Made by a program: the position numbers and the translations under genes. Shown here piece after piece: positions 51,431 to 63,730 of a stretch of 64,000 nucleotides of DNA. Position 1 is the first letter of the stretch. Each line of letters begins with the position of its first letter. Below the pieces are notes generated by a model, which saw only the letters and a list, made by a program, of their open reading frames with translations, did not search any database and was not told where the DNA came from. The DNA is taken from NCBI GenBank assembly GCA_028534125.1, contig CM052818.1, forward strand, positions 2,544,001 through 2,608,000, read 5' to 3'. The DNA comes from Lama glama. Taxonomy: Eukaryota.

Positions 51431-54231
51431 TGTAGATCAGTTTTAGTTGTGTAATTCTCCATTGTAAATAGTGTTACAAAGTAGTAAAAGCATTGTCTTG
51501 GAAGTCACAGGCCTGAGTGAATCCTACCTCCACTACTTTGTGCCTTTGGCCTGAACCTGTTTATTTGTGATGGTGTAACACCTTCCTCCTGGGGTTATTG
51601 TGAAAATTAGGCTGAATTTAATTTCAGACTCCTGGGTCACATATAATAGACACTCAATCCATGGTAGTAACTGGGGCAATAATGTGTGTAGCTCTGAACA
51701 GAGGTGGTAACAGGAAATCCTTGGGCTTGAAGGGAAATTGGATAGCTGTCATTTTCCTATTGCTGGGCAAAACTGACTCCTGCCTAGAAAACAAAGGGGT
51801 TCTATATCTGCCTTTCAACCACTCAACACGTCTGAGCACCTGCTAGGTACCAAGCACTGTCCTAGGGGCCAGGGCTGCAGGGGTTAACAAGCAGACATCA
51901 TCCGTGCTCGGCTTTATTATATGTAAAAAGATCACAGGACCAGACCATAGCCCATGGGTTTTGCTTTGAGGGCTGTCTTTTCTTTGCCTTTTTCCTACAA
52001 TCAGGTTTTAAAAAACCTGAGCTCACTTGCCTGTTCACAGCTATAGTTCTGTTTATACAGGGCCTGGATTGGTCACAGCCTTGAAGAAGTGAATGGGGTA
52101 TTCATTCATTTAAAATTGTCATTAAACTTAAGTATAATATACTACAGAAAAGTGCAGATACTGTAAACTGTGCAGTTCCATAAATTTTCAACCACTTTCT
52201 GTTGGTGTAAGGTGTAAGGGTACACTCATTTTTCATCCTTAGATTAAAACTCCTTAGAGCACTCATCACAGCTAGAAGACATGCAGTGAATGTTTGCTGA
52301 ATGGTACAGATGAGGCTGTGCCGTCCACGAGATCACACAGGTAGATTAAGGCAGCGCTGGCCTCTTCAAGTCCTTTTCTTGCTCCAAGCTCTCCTGCCTT
52401 GTCCAAAGGCTGTTACAAGCTCAGATATGAATCGTATATCCAGCGCCTTGGTAGTGCGGCATCCTTTTCATTGTTCCTGGTATCTATAGGGAAGGAGGTT
52501 ACACATTTTAAATTAAAGGGAGAGAATCTCATCAAACATCGCTTTATGCATTGCAACCTCCGTGTAATGGAGCCTGACTAGTTGGAGAAAAAGCCACCTC
52601 ATCACATTTCCTTTGGTCACGGGAACTGGGAACACATCTGACCTTGTGCACGTTAATACCGTCTTCGTTTTTCCAACTAACGTTTAGTCAACACTTACAT
52701 GTTGGCATTGAAAATCCGTCATGATGTGCTCCTTGCTGTGCTCTAAACCTCCCGTCCAACTGGAACAGCAGAGGCTAGGCGATGGTAAGGAAGTGATGGT
52801 TGTATCCTGAAGAACAGAAGTATGTCTCTTATTTATAAACTCATACAGTTTTAGATTCTAAATCCAAACTACTGCTTGATCCTGGTCTTGAGGCCACTCA
52901 TTAGTAAAGTGTTCTTAGGACTGTCAGATCCTGCCGAGGCCCCTCTGCTGGGTCCCTGTTCTTTGCAAGCTTTTCACCATATGATGTACTGGGATTCGCT
53001 GATAGCTGGCCCCCAGCTGTTGGGAGCACACCTAGATGTGAAGAGGGCTGACCGTCCCCCAGGAAGGGATACGGCTTGAGTTCTTAACTGCTGTGTTGAG
53101 CTAGAGCTGACGGGATGAGAGCCACCACCGTCCTGTTGTACACAGTGAAAGAACAGTGTCATTTGACTTGGGAAACGGGTATTCAAGAGCTGAATCAGAA
53201 CTCCGAAGTTACCGGGTAGAGCTCCCCCAAGTGCAGATCCTGGACCTCTGCAGCAGAAATGACCCAAGGTTATTTAGCAGAAATGACAATTTCCCATCTC
53301 ATCTCATACTTGATCTACTGAATCAGACACCTTACAGGAGGAGGAAAAAAATGAAAATCAGAGTTTAAAACAAGTCTGTGAATAACTGATGCACAGAAGC
53401 TTGAGAACTGATGTTTAGGACACAATCCATGCCTTGTAACAGCTTCCACTCTGAACACCTGGAGAGGCAGCCGCTGTGGGTCAAGACTGTCTTCAGTCTT
53501 CACCCAGCAACACAGGCAGAACAGGAAGCCCCGGGCTTGTCTTTACTGATCAAACTACAGTATCCACAGGACAGGAATCCTATCTGCTTTCCACTGACGT
53601 TCGTCATTTCCGGTGCCACACAACAAATGCAAAGTTGTCATCCTGTAACCAGAGCCAGGCCGGCAGTCTCCAGGAATAGGTAGGCCACCCATTTGTGTCT
53701 AGTTGGCCTTCTGGGACCTCAGCCATCCTCATAACCTCTTAAGAACTCATTCATGAGAAAAACTGCAAAATGTGCCGTTTACCTGTAAGTACCAAATCCA
53801 GTGAGGTAAAAATTCTCCCAGATTAGATCTGTACCATCCCCGAAATCCTACTGGGACTATGAAGACACGGTGTGCTATGTCTAAGGTTACTTCTGGGGAT
53901 GTTGCATGGAGAACACTTAGTTTCACTAAAGATGGTCAGGCAGGGATCTTTACCCACTTGGACAGGGGAAAATTGAGATCACAGGTGAAGAGGCAGCCAC
54001 ACGGCATAGGAGTATGCTAATGTAGGGGGGGGGGCAGCACACAGATAAATGACCTGCCTGGCTGCTGGGCGAGCAGACTGCGACCACAGGCCAAGTACCT
54101 CAAGTGGGGCTTTAAACCCTGAGCTAAAACCATTTCTGACCCTCTGGGATAACCTCCTGGCAGGTGAGCTGAGGCTGTACACAGCATGTGTGCCTGATAA
54201 CACCATCCAATTGGGGAGTGGGTAAAGTGCG

Positions 54232-54237
54232 TTTATT
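54232..54237 (-). terminator. NAGK polyadenylation signal (AATAAA)
   Basis: TTTATT on the + strand, ~120 nt past the stop codon. Confidence 0.8.
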
Positions 54238-54355
54238 TTCTTCTATATGTGTGTTTTTTTTTTTTTAAAAAGGAAAAAAAGAAAGAGCCTCCTCCCTTCC
54301 CTTCCAGCACCCAATGTCCACTGGGCTTGGAGGGGGTGGAGCCAGGGCCAGCCCC

Positions 54356-54546
54356 CTAGGAGAAGGTGTAGGAGTAGAAGGCAATGGCATTGACGCTGTA
54401 GTCCATGGGGAGCAGGTGCCCGATGTGCCTGGCCCCCAGGCTGGCCCCGCCCAGGGCGGAGGAGTGCCGCAGCTTCATCAGGGTGAAGCTGGAGAAGGAG
54501 TTCTGAGCCTGGATCTCTCTGCCCTGGGTCAGCGCCAAAAGGAAAC
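54356..54546 (-). CDS. NAGK: NAGK exon 10 (coding part, TAG stop)
   Basis: ctgcag|..[62 protein letters not shown]. Confidence 0.95.
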
Positions 54547-57500
54547 CTGCAGGAAAGAACGCAGAGGACAGAGATGAGAGACCAGGGAGAAGGCGGGGAC
54601 AAAGAGGGAGGGAAAGAAGAGGCCCAGGCCCTGAGGCTTTGCGTGGAGGTGCCACATGCCAAACCCCTAACGGATGGCGCCACCAGGTGTGGGAGCCCAG
54701 GGACAGCTGTGGGGCCCCAGCACCCAGTGCCACTCAAGGGCTCCAAGGGAGCATCAGAGGCCTTTGAGCTACTTCAGAATGTCTGATGGGAACCACACAG
54801 CCACCCGAAACAAGCTGCAAAGGTGCGGACAGCACATTTCTTTCCTTCTGGCCAGGATTATGGTGATGAGGATGTTGCCACATACTGGTCAGAAGTTCCA
54901 ACTTCCAAAGTTACATTTGTCTTTAATTTTTAAAAGGTGGTGCTTATTTAATATATTCTTTGGGAAAAAAGACCTTTTTGTGACTTCAAGGAAGCTGGAT
55001 GGGATGTTGTAAAAGGGCTCCCTGGAAAAGTGAAATTTGAGGGTCTTGGTTTGAGACTTCAGTGGCCTGTCCAGGCCTCAGTGCCCAGGTAACCAAGTCC
55101 TCCCTGCCCCAGTTCTCCCAGGCCACCTCCTTCCCAGCCCCACCCCTCACCCTTGCCCATCCCCACCTGCCCCCACCTCTTCTCACCTTCCTTCAGCAGC
55201 TCCCAGCTCTTCCACACAGAGCCCACACACAGGATGGGGAGGCCAATCTCACCCTGGAACAAGACCTGGGCAGAGAGCAGAAATGGAGATTGGGGGCAAC
55301 CGAGCCTCTCCAGTGCCAAAGTGGGGAGTTTCTTAAGACCAGCCCACTCTAGCCCAATTCCTCCCCTCTAGCCAGGGACCAGGAGATGGAGTCAAGAATA
55401 AAGGGTAGAAAAAAGGGAGATTCATACATGTGAGGGAGAGAAGGGAAAGGAAAAAGGAGGTTAAACAACAGCAGAGGAAGGAAAGAGAAGGGAGGGAAAC
55501 AGACAGAAGCATGACAGAGAAAGGGCGCAGCGCATTCACCACATTGAACAACTGACTCTATGTATACTGGCCTGGGACCAGCCAGAGGGGAGGCACTGAA
55601 CCCAAGCACTTCTCTGTTACACACTTCCCACAGATGTTTTCTCATACCCAGAGTTCCTTTCAAATTATATCCCATTTACACAGTTTTATGGGAAAGTCTC
55701 ACCCCTAATGGGAAAGGGTCAAATCTGGCCCAGCAGCTCCCCAGCTCTCATTTCCCACCTCAACTCACCGGGTCAATCTCAGGCAACACTGCCACCACGT
55801 GTCTGCCCAGCATCTCCCCAGCCTTCCTGAAGATATACCGGGAGAGGGGGTCTCCCTGCTGAGCACCTGGGTAGGGAGGAGGGAACAGAGCTGGTGAACA
55901 CATGGGGAGCCACCGTCCTGTTACTCTCTCTCTTTCTCTGCTGCAGGGCAGCAACAGTGGGAGGTGGGAGTACCGAGAGGCAGCCAAGGTCTGAATCAGG
56001 AACAGATGCTCACGGCATGGCACAGGGCTAAGCCAGCCTCCAAAGCTGCCCCTCATCCTTACTCCCTCGGCCCCCACCAGGAATTTCCACCTAGGAAGGG
56101 TGCCCTGTAGAGGTGGCTCATTCCAGGCACTTGAGAAGGGCGGCCCCCCTAGGGGGCACACTGGCACTGGAGGTCTGTACTCCAACTCACACTGAGTTCT
56201 TCAGTTGGTCCCTGAAGGTCTCTCAGCTCTGGGGACCCAGGACCCTACCTGAGCAGCTGGCCGGTACTCCTGTCGGGGCCCCCCCCAACCCTAACAGTCT
56301 GCTGGTGGTCAGCCCAGCCCCCTCCTTGCTCTGCTCTGAAGGGGCCTCAGACCAGCAGATCTCAGAGGGACCTACAATGCCCCGAGGCTTCAGGAATCCA
56401 AATGAAGGGAGTGTGGGCTGTATAATGGAGAAAGAAATGTGCAAACAAACATGCCCTGTGGTTCAGCTTCTCCTGATACCCAGCCAAACACGCCTCGCCT
56501 GTCCGGGATCCCCTAGTTCTGTGGGTATCATTGGTTAAAAAAGCAAGTTATAGATTTGCCCAAAGAACAATGGCCTCATACATTTCTCAGAAACAGACAC
56601 ACAGCCTGCACAAGCCATGACAGCTGTCAAAAGGACCAGGTCACATAAAACAATTGTCATTACAACCTGTGTGTCCTGCCTCCACCCCAAGGCCCCACCA
56701 GTACCAAAGCCCATGGCGGCAGAAAACTGAGGTCATCTGGTCAAAGGGAAACTGGCTTCCAATCCCCATGTGACCCCTACTCCACCCTCCAACTTTGCAG
56801 AACAAAGCCAGATAAAGCCCTGCCCCACCTCTAGTACCTTCTGCAACTTTCCGGCAAAACCCAGCAAACCTGCATTTATCAAAGTCTCTGTACAGGTGGG
56901 TGAGAATTCCTAGCCGATCTGGTACCTGAGAGGCAGAAAGGGCACAAGACAGTCAGCAGCAGCACAGGAAGATCCCCAGTGTGCCCACCCAGTTGGCCTT
57001 CCTGATACCTCTACTGTTTGAAAAGCTGGGGAAATGTTTACGCTCTAGAGAGTCCAAGGATTTGAGATTTCTCATTTGAGAAAGGTCCGTTTTCCCCAAC
57101 ATGGACCCTGCTGCTCTTTAGAGGTTAGCTTGGACGCAACATAGAACACACATCTGTGCCCACCAGAGTATTCTGTAGTTCCCCGAGGAGCTCTTGAAAA
57201 GATTTCTTGGGCCGAAGGAATCTAAGGACACCGCACACTGCACCCCTCTCTTAAGAGAGTCACAGGGCAGATCAAGGGCTCCGAGAAGTCCTAACCAGGA
57301 AATTGATTTGTTTCTCCCCTCTTATTTGACCACAAGATCCATCTTCTTCGTCAACCAGCTTACTCCCCTGTAACACCTCTGAAGGTCCTGAGGAACCAGA
57401 GATCCCCCGGCAAAATGGAAGGAAGAGGGGGTGGGGGCTAAATTGTGAGCATTTATGGCAACGTATTAAGCATGTTATACACACTGTGTCATTCGACCTT

Positions 57501-60500
57501 TGTAACGACCTAATGAGAATGACTAAAGGATAAGAGAGGGACTAGCAGACATGTCAGTGGAGCTTGGAACCAATCTGTTGCTTAACTCCACTTCCCACAG
57601 CAACTGCCATGAGAAGTGATTTCTCTTCCTGGCCCCTCCATACTCCTTACCTTGGCCCAAGCCAGAGTTCCTCTTCAATCGTCAATCCCTAAGCCTTGAG
57701 AATACAGGTCCTTCTTTCCAGCATCTCTACTCTTCCTTGACCCTGGCCCCAGCTCACCTAAGTGGCCCTCGTCCAGAGAGACGTCTATCAGATAAATTTA
57801 CCTCTCTTCTCCTCTCCCACCTTTCACCTCTGCTTCAGCTCCAGGCAGCTGTTTCCTAATCCACTACAAATGAGCACAGCCCAAACCAAGAAGGGCGGTC
57901 AGTCCCTGATGCCTGGGGTAGGAGGCTGTACCTTCCTAAGAACCCTCCCCGCCCATTTCCTGAATGCGCTCTCCTCCGTGGCCTGTGCAGGTCAGACGCA
58001 GCTCACTGTCCAACACATCTGTTGACTTTCCCCGCTGTCCCTGTGTCTGTGTGCACCGCCCCCGATCTCACCCCGCCCTTCTCATTCCAGCCTAAAATGG
58101 CACCTGCCTTCACCTCTCAGCAGAGTCTAGCTGCCCAAGAGTGAAGTCTAGCTTGTCCCTACCCTACCCCCTCCTCATGCCCAGCACCCTCCTGGAATGC
58201 ACCACCTGCCTCATTCTGAATCCTGTCCTCACCTATGACTTCTCCATCCTCCAGCTCTGACCCACAACTCACCCCGACCTCCCGCTGGCCCACCCAGTCC
58301 CTCTCCTGCATTCACCCCTGCGCAGTCTCCCACAGCCCTATCCCAGGTGTGCACGTTTACCAGGGGGCGGGGGAAGTACCTGGAAGTAGTTGAACATGGC
58401 CTGTTTGACATAACCAATGTCATGCGGAGCCGCCTCTAGGTTGTCGATGGAGTCAAACACTATTTTCACTGCTTGGTGTGCAATCCAGTAGGCTGCAGAG
58501 AGTAGAGAGGGCTAAGAAGATGGGGGCAATCTCCCCGAGCTCACAGGGAAGGAAACTCAGACCTAGACAGGGTTGGGTATTACAGAGAATTAGGTGCCCC
58601 GATTCCCAGCCTGGGGTCCTCTAACTAAACTGTGTCTGACTGACCCACATAATGGAAAGCTGGAGGGGGAAGACAGAACAGGTGAAACTGGGTCACACCA
58701 GCTCCTACCCCAGCAGACAGACACGGTCAGTCAGCTATCACACAAACCACCACGGTCACTGCCAGGAGTGGGGCCCTAAGGGCCCTTATGCAAACGTACA
58801 CCTGCTACCCATATAGAGGTGGTGGTGGGAGCTTCCATCCCTCCTTCCCACTAGCAGACTGGTACGGCTACAGCCTTAACCTTCGTAGTGTCAGGTCCTT
58901 CCTAAGGACTCCAACAGTCAGCACAGATAGGCAACAGCTATTAGGCTGAGGCATGACTCTTGAGTCCTGGGTGCAAATCGCTGCTGAAGATCGAGGCCAG
59001 CCAGCAGTCCCACAGCTCCATCTCCATGATCTCAGTCATTACCCTGCCCTCAGATTCAGGAGGTGTCCCAGAGAGCCCCCAGGGGTCGGCAGGCCGAGGG
59101 GAGGCGGGGAGAGGAAGATGGGGAGCTGCAGGGAGGGAAGGGTCCAGGACCCTGAGCCACCCCAGTCGGCGTGCACTCACCTGAGCCCTCGTCTCCCATC
59201 ATGTGGCCCCAGCCGCCGCAGCCGCTCTCTGAGCCGTCGGGATTGATGAGCCTGCAGTTGGAGCCTGTCCCTGAGATGAGCACGATCCCACCTGGGGAAA
59301 GGGCACGGGAGGCTCAGCGCGGCCGAGGCCCTGCAGAGCACAGAGCTTCCGACTGAGGGACGACAGGACAGACACCAGCCCCAAGCAAAGCGATCACCAC
59401 CCGGTTTTGCAGAGAAAACCCAGCCCAGCTATTTTCCTGCCTGAAGGAGGAGGGCCTGGGTCTCAGAGAAACTCCAATCACATACAGCCCTTCTTGGGGA
59501 ACAAGGAACACGAGTCTGTCTCCTTGCCCAGCCAGCCTTCAAGTGACTCCCTGCTTAACTGAGTCCCTACCATGTGCCAGGATTGTGCTAGACTCTTTCC
59601 ACATTCATTCAATGCCCCGACCCACCTTATGAATCTAATTACCCCCATCTCATGCATGAGGAAATTGAAACTCAGAGAGTTTCGTAACTTCTCCAAGATG
59701 GTACAGCTGGTAAAATGGGAGCTGAGATTCAAATGCCAGCCTCACAATGCCATCCTCTTCTGCACTGCCATCAGACTTCCTCCCATTTTCTTTTCCACAC
59801 TTGCTGCTTTCCCTAGCCAGCTTCATCACTGCACTGCCTGGGGTGCCCTCCTCTGAAATGGAGTTTTACGCTGGACTCCATTCTCTGCTTCCCATCAAGA
59901 TGCCCTTCCTGCCCCCCCTCCTGCTGCCCAGCCCCTGCTCTGGCCAACTTCAGCTAATGAGAGGAGTGGGAGGTATGACTGAGGCTGCCTTCCAGGTATT
60001 TGCAAGTCAGGTTCTGCCAGCTAAACCTAAGGGGCTTCTTCCCCCAAGAAAACCACTTCTCAACCTCAGCCCTCCCTCCACCTCCTCACCATCCGGCGTG
60101 GCTGTGGCGATGGAGCCGGCGGCGTCGGTGGTGATTAAGTAGCTTTCACTCAGGTAAGGAAATCGGTCCCTCAGCTCCTCCATCAGGATCCTCACCGCGT
60201 CCTCCTGATCCCCACCGCTCAGGGATAGGCCCTAGGCCACGCGGGAGGTGAGCGAGCAAGCAGGGCCCCAGGCCCAGCTCCTTTCTCAACCCCCTCCCCT
60301 CCTGATGTCTGCCCCCTGCTTTCTACATCGGGGCATACCCCGCTCATGCGGCCCGGGTCCTTCCACCCCACACAGTGACTCATCAGAAGGCAAGAACCTG
60401 GACTAAGGATGGACAAGAGAAAGGATTCGACACTGCCAGGTTTGGAGCTGGAGAGGACACTAGCGCCCTTAACGAAAAAAATCAGGCAAAGGAGCAAGCT

Positions 60501-63220
60501 GAGGGGAGAGAAGCTTGGTCCAGAATACACGGGGTCTGGCTGTGCCTGCAGGACATCTCACTGAGGGTGTCCCGGCAGTAGCCGGAGCTACAGCAACTCA
60601 GGAGAACAGGCTGAGCTAGGAATAATGGCTAACATTCATCGGAGCTTATGGGCCAGGGTCCCTGCAAACGATTTTGGGATGTACCATGTCATTTTACTTC
60701 CCCAGCAACTCTGAGGTAGGTACTGTTATCTGCATTTTCCAAATGAGGAAACTGACGCTTAGAGAAGGTTAAGTAACCTGCTTAGGGTCACACAGGTGCT
60801 GAGTGACAAAGATTCAAACCAAGATCTCAGTGGCTCTCCAAAGCCCTGTGCTCTTCCAATCCATGCGGCTTGTAGGTGGCAACTGGAGCCACAAGAATGC
60901 ACGGGATGAGGTGAATTTCCAGACCAGAGACTAGGCCCTCAAGGCCTTTCCCTCTGCAGTCATCAAACTCATCCAGTGCAAACTCACTATCTCAGTGCTG
61001 CTGTGATCTCATTCCCAAGCTCTACCCGGACTCACCAAGCTTCGTAGAGGTACCAGAGGATCCACCCCTGCTTTCCGTTTGGCCCTGTTCACCATCTCGT
61101 TGATCCTCTCCACACACTTGTCTGTCCCGATCAGCTGGCCCCGATCAAGGGAAGGAAGAGTTACAAAGGCTCGCATGACCTGTGTTGCCCCTGTGAACTG
61201 CTAACTGAGCCCCCAGCCACCACCTCAACAGGAACTACAGAGAATAAAACCACAATCAAGCCCACCGGTCCCCTCAGTGTGGCCTTTACCCAGTGGTTTG
61301 TGCTGAGTCCATCCGCTTCTGCCAGGATCTGCCCATCCTCTGAGAGTAAAAGGACCTTGGACCGTGTGCCTCCCCTATAGAACACAAGGGGGCACTCAGT
61401 CTTGCTCAGAAAAACCTGCAGACACAGCTAAGCTTGTGCAGTCCTGGTCACAGGCAGAGCCCAGTGTGATGGAGACAGCTTCAGCAAACCCAGCCACCAT
61501 TCCCAAATGCCCAGTTGCCACCTCCTCTGCAGTTTGGTGTTTGCTGTGTTCTTGGAATTCTGAAACACATTTCCCGTTCAGCCTCCCTTGGGGGTGTCCC
61601 ACTTATCCTGCAAGACCTACTCATATATCACCCAGTCCTTGAAACCTCTGATGCGTGGCCCTCCACCAAAGCTCCATTAGTTCAGCCATGTCAGTGCCCC
61701 TACGAACTCCTCTGTATTAAAAGTGTGTTAAGCTGCTTTACTGTGCGCCTCTCTCTAGACTACAAACTCCACTGGGTAAAGCTCTGGACCATTTATTTAC
61801 CTGCATGAATGGCACAGGCAACCCTCAGTAAATGTGACAGAAAAGAATGGCACGTCTCTCTGCTTCTTTCACAAAACCAAAGGCTGCCTTTAGCAGCTCC
61901 AGCTGCCAAGGCCTTCAAAACACTCTCGTGAGAAATGCTGACCAGATGGCAGGAAGTTAATACCTGCTTAAGCAACTGAAGGGTCAAATGCTTATTACTG
62001 GGGCAAATGGTAGTTTGGACAGAGGTCTGGGGTGGTGCAACGTATGTTTATTGATCAGTACTTTCAGGAATATCAGAAGAGGACACAGAAGACCTGCTGA
62101 TCAAACTCACAGGTGACAAGAAGTTGCTAGGAGTAATTAATGCATGAGGTGGCTGATTAATCGTCCCCAAAAAATCTCTTGACAAGCTGGAAAAATGGGT
62201 CATATCTTACACCTGAATAGAACAGGGATGAATGCAAACTTCCGTACTTTTTTTTTTTAGTGCAATAGATACAGGGCAGGAGAGATCAATCATAAAAATG
62301 CACGTGAAAAAGACAGACTTTGGGGTCCATGAGTCAGCAGTGAGATGTGACTGACCTAGGAATAATCCAATCTTAGATTCAAAGTGCCCTGTCTTGAGAC
62401 AACAGCCACTCTCTATTATGCCCTGATTTGATACACCCAGAGTCACAAAATGTTGTCACTGGCAAGGGACTTGGCGATCATTCTGTTCATCCCTCTTCTG
62501 ACTTGACACATGTGGTAACTGAAGCGCAAACAGGGCAAAAGTCTAGCCCACCGTCATACCGACGGCAAGAGCTACTATCAAAAAGTCCAGTAGACAAGCT
62601 TCCGAGCAGGAAATACGCAAGAATAACACAGGGTGGATCTAGAGTGAGGAGCCCGGAGTGCCGACAAGAATGGAAGGGCTTCTGGCAGCAGGACAAGCCA
62701 GCAGTCTGGCTCGTCCAGCTTCAGTTCCCAGTACCCTCCGGCAAAGATCTTTGTCCGGGATTCCACACCCTCCCACTCCTCTCCCCGAGTCCAGCAACTT
62801 CACACCTGACACCTGTTCTGCAAAACTCTCCCTGGGAGCAAGAATGTAAAAAAGGAGCTTCTTCAGCGGGGCCAGGTGGAGTGGGTCATCCGTGGGAGAA
62901 GGGGGCGTGGTTCCGCCGCAAAACACAAAGGACCCCCCCCAAGAGGTGTGGCCGTGGCACACACAGTGCCTGCAAATCACACGACCGCGGGCGCGAGGGC
63001 ACCGCCTGGCGTGTACACACTCCTCCACGAGGCCCCGCAGCCCGAAAGCCCAAAGTGGCGGAACCCTGACAGAGGCGGGAGGCCACCAGCCTGCCGGCCT
63101 GGCCACCGCCTTCCTTCCGCCCTGCCCAGGGAGCGGCCCAGGCCGCCCCCCAGGCGCCCCTCCCTGACTCCCTCCTCGAGGCCGCACTCACCCCTCTACA
63201 CCCCCGTAGAGCGCGGCCAT
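54356..63220 (-). CDS. NAGK: N-acetyl-D-glucosamine kinase, complete spliced CDS, 10 exons, 344 aa
   Basis: Exons of 29+85+99+142+111+113+88+98+79+191=1035 nt, all GT-AG with consistent phases. Starts [38 protein letters not shown], contains ITTDAAG and [11 protein letters not shown]...[12 protein letters not shown] sugar-kinase (ASKHA fold) motifs, ends [11 protein letters not shown]. Confidence 0.98.
55187..55265 (-). CDS. NAGK: NAGK exon 9
   Basis: gcccag|[27 protein letters not shown]|gtgaga; 79 nt. Confidence 0.95.
55769..55866 (-). CDS. NAGK: NAGK exon 8
   Basis: acccag|..[32 protein letters not shown]|gtgagt; 98 nt. Confidence 0.95.
56838..56925 (-). CDS. NAGK: NAGK exon 7
   Basis: tctcag|[30 protein letters not shown]|gtacta; 88 nt. 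Confidence 0.95.
58380..58492 (-). CDS. NAGK: NAGK exon 6
   Basis: ctgcag|..[37 protein letters not shown]|gtactt; 113 nt. Confidence 0.95.
59181..59291 (-). CDS. NAGK: NAGK exon 5
   Basis: ccccag|..[37 protein letters not shown]|gtgagt; 111 nt. Confidence 0.95.
59555..59770 (-). mobile_element. MIR SINE in NAGK intron 4
   Basis: MIR core atgaggaaattgaaactcagagag...taacttctccaagatggtacagct. Confidence 0.65.
60090..60231 (-). CDS. NAGK: NAGK exon 4
   Basis: gcctag|[48 protein letters not shown]|gtgagg; 142 nt. Confidence 0.95.
60620..60850 (-). mobile_element. MIR SINE in NAGK intron 3
   Basis: aatgaggaaactgacgcttagagaaggttaagtaacctgcttagggtcacacag. Confidence 0.7.
61036..61134 (-). CDS. 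NAGK: NAGK exon 3
   Basis: ggccag|[33 protein letters not shown]|gtgagt; 99 nt. Confidence 0.95.
61290..61374 (-). CDS. NAGK: NAGK exon 2
   Basis: ctatag|G GGA GGC ACA...STNHW|gtaaag; 85 nt. Confidence 0.95.
62090..62205 (+). mobile_element. Possible ancient CR1/L3 RT remnant in NAGK intron 1
   Basis: ctgatcaaactcacaggtgacaagaagttg...tcttgacaagctggaaaaatggg resembles the CR1 IKFADDTKL...LDKLEKW region. Confidence 0.4.
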
Positions 63221-63730
63221 GCTGCTGCTACCGCCTCCGCCGCCGCGGATCCCGCCGTTTGCTTCCCTCCCGCCGGCGCTCCCCTCCCTCCAGCCCGCTC
63301 TGCACCGCCCCGCGTCACGTGAACGCCCGGCCGGTCGCGCTGAGGCCCACTGCGCCTGCGCGGGGGCGTGGTGCCCCTGCCCGCCGTCGGCCCCAGCGCG
63401 GCGGGCCGGGCGAGTCCGGCAGGCTGGGTGAGTGCGGTGCTTAGCTGCTCCTCCGGCCCTCCTCCCCACCTCCTGGGCCCCGCTTCTGGAGATGGATATG
63501 GGATCCCCAGCGGAGGAGCCAGAAAGGAGTATCCGGGTCGCATCCGCTAGACACGTCACTGACCTGCCCGCCCCATCAGTGCCCGGAAGTGGCTGGCAGC
63601 CCCGTTTGGCGCGTGCGCAGTGCTTGTGAGCCACGTAGACTGTGGGTGAAATAGTGACGCGCGCGCGGCTGGACCCCCCAGCGGTGTGTGAGGTCGGGGA
63701 GCCGGGCACGCAAGCTGGGGGGCCGCTGGG
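62880..63730 (-). promoter_or_regulatory. CpG-island promoter of NAGK
   Basis: CpG-dense around exon 1. GTCACGTGA at 63314-63322; NRF1-like TGCGCCTGCGC at 63351-63361; ETS CCGGAAGT at 63583-63590; GC boxes. Confidence 0.85.
63192..63220 (-). CDS. NAGK: NAGK exon 1 (coding part)
   Basis: AGCATGG Kozak context; [10 protein letters not shown]; donor GG|GTGAGT. Confidence 0.95.

Noticed and set aside
62428..63431. Several 100-213 aa ORFs over the NAGK CpG island (similar ones at 14.5-15.6 kb)
   Set aside because: GC-rich, stop-poor sequence with no recognisable domains or exon structure.
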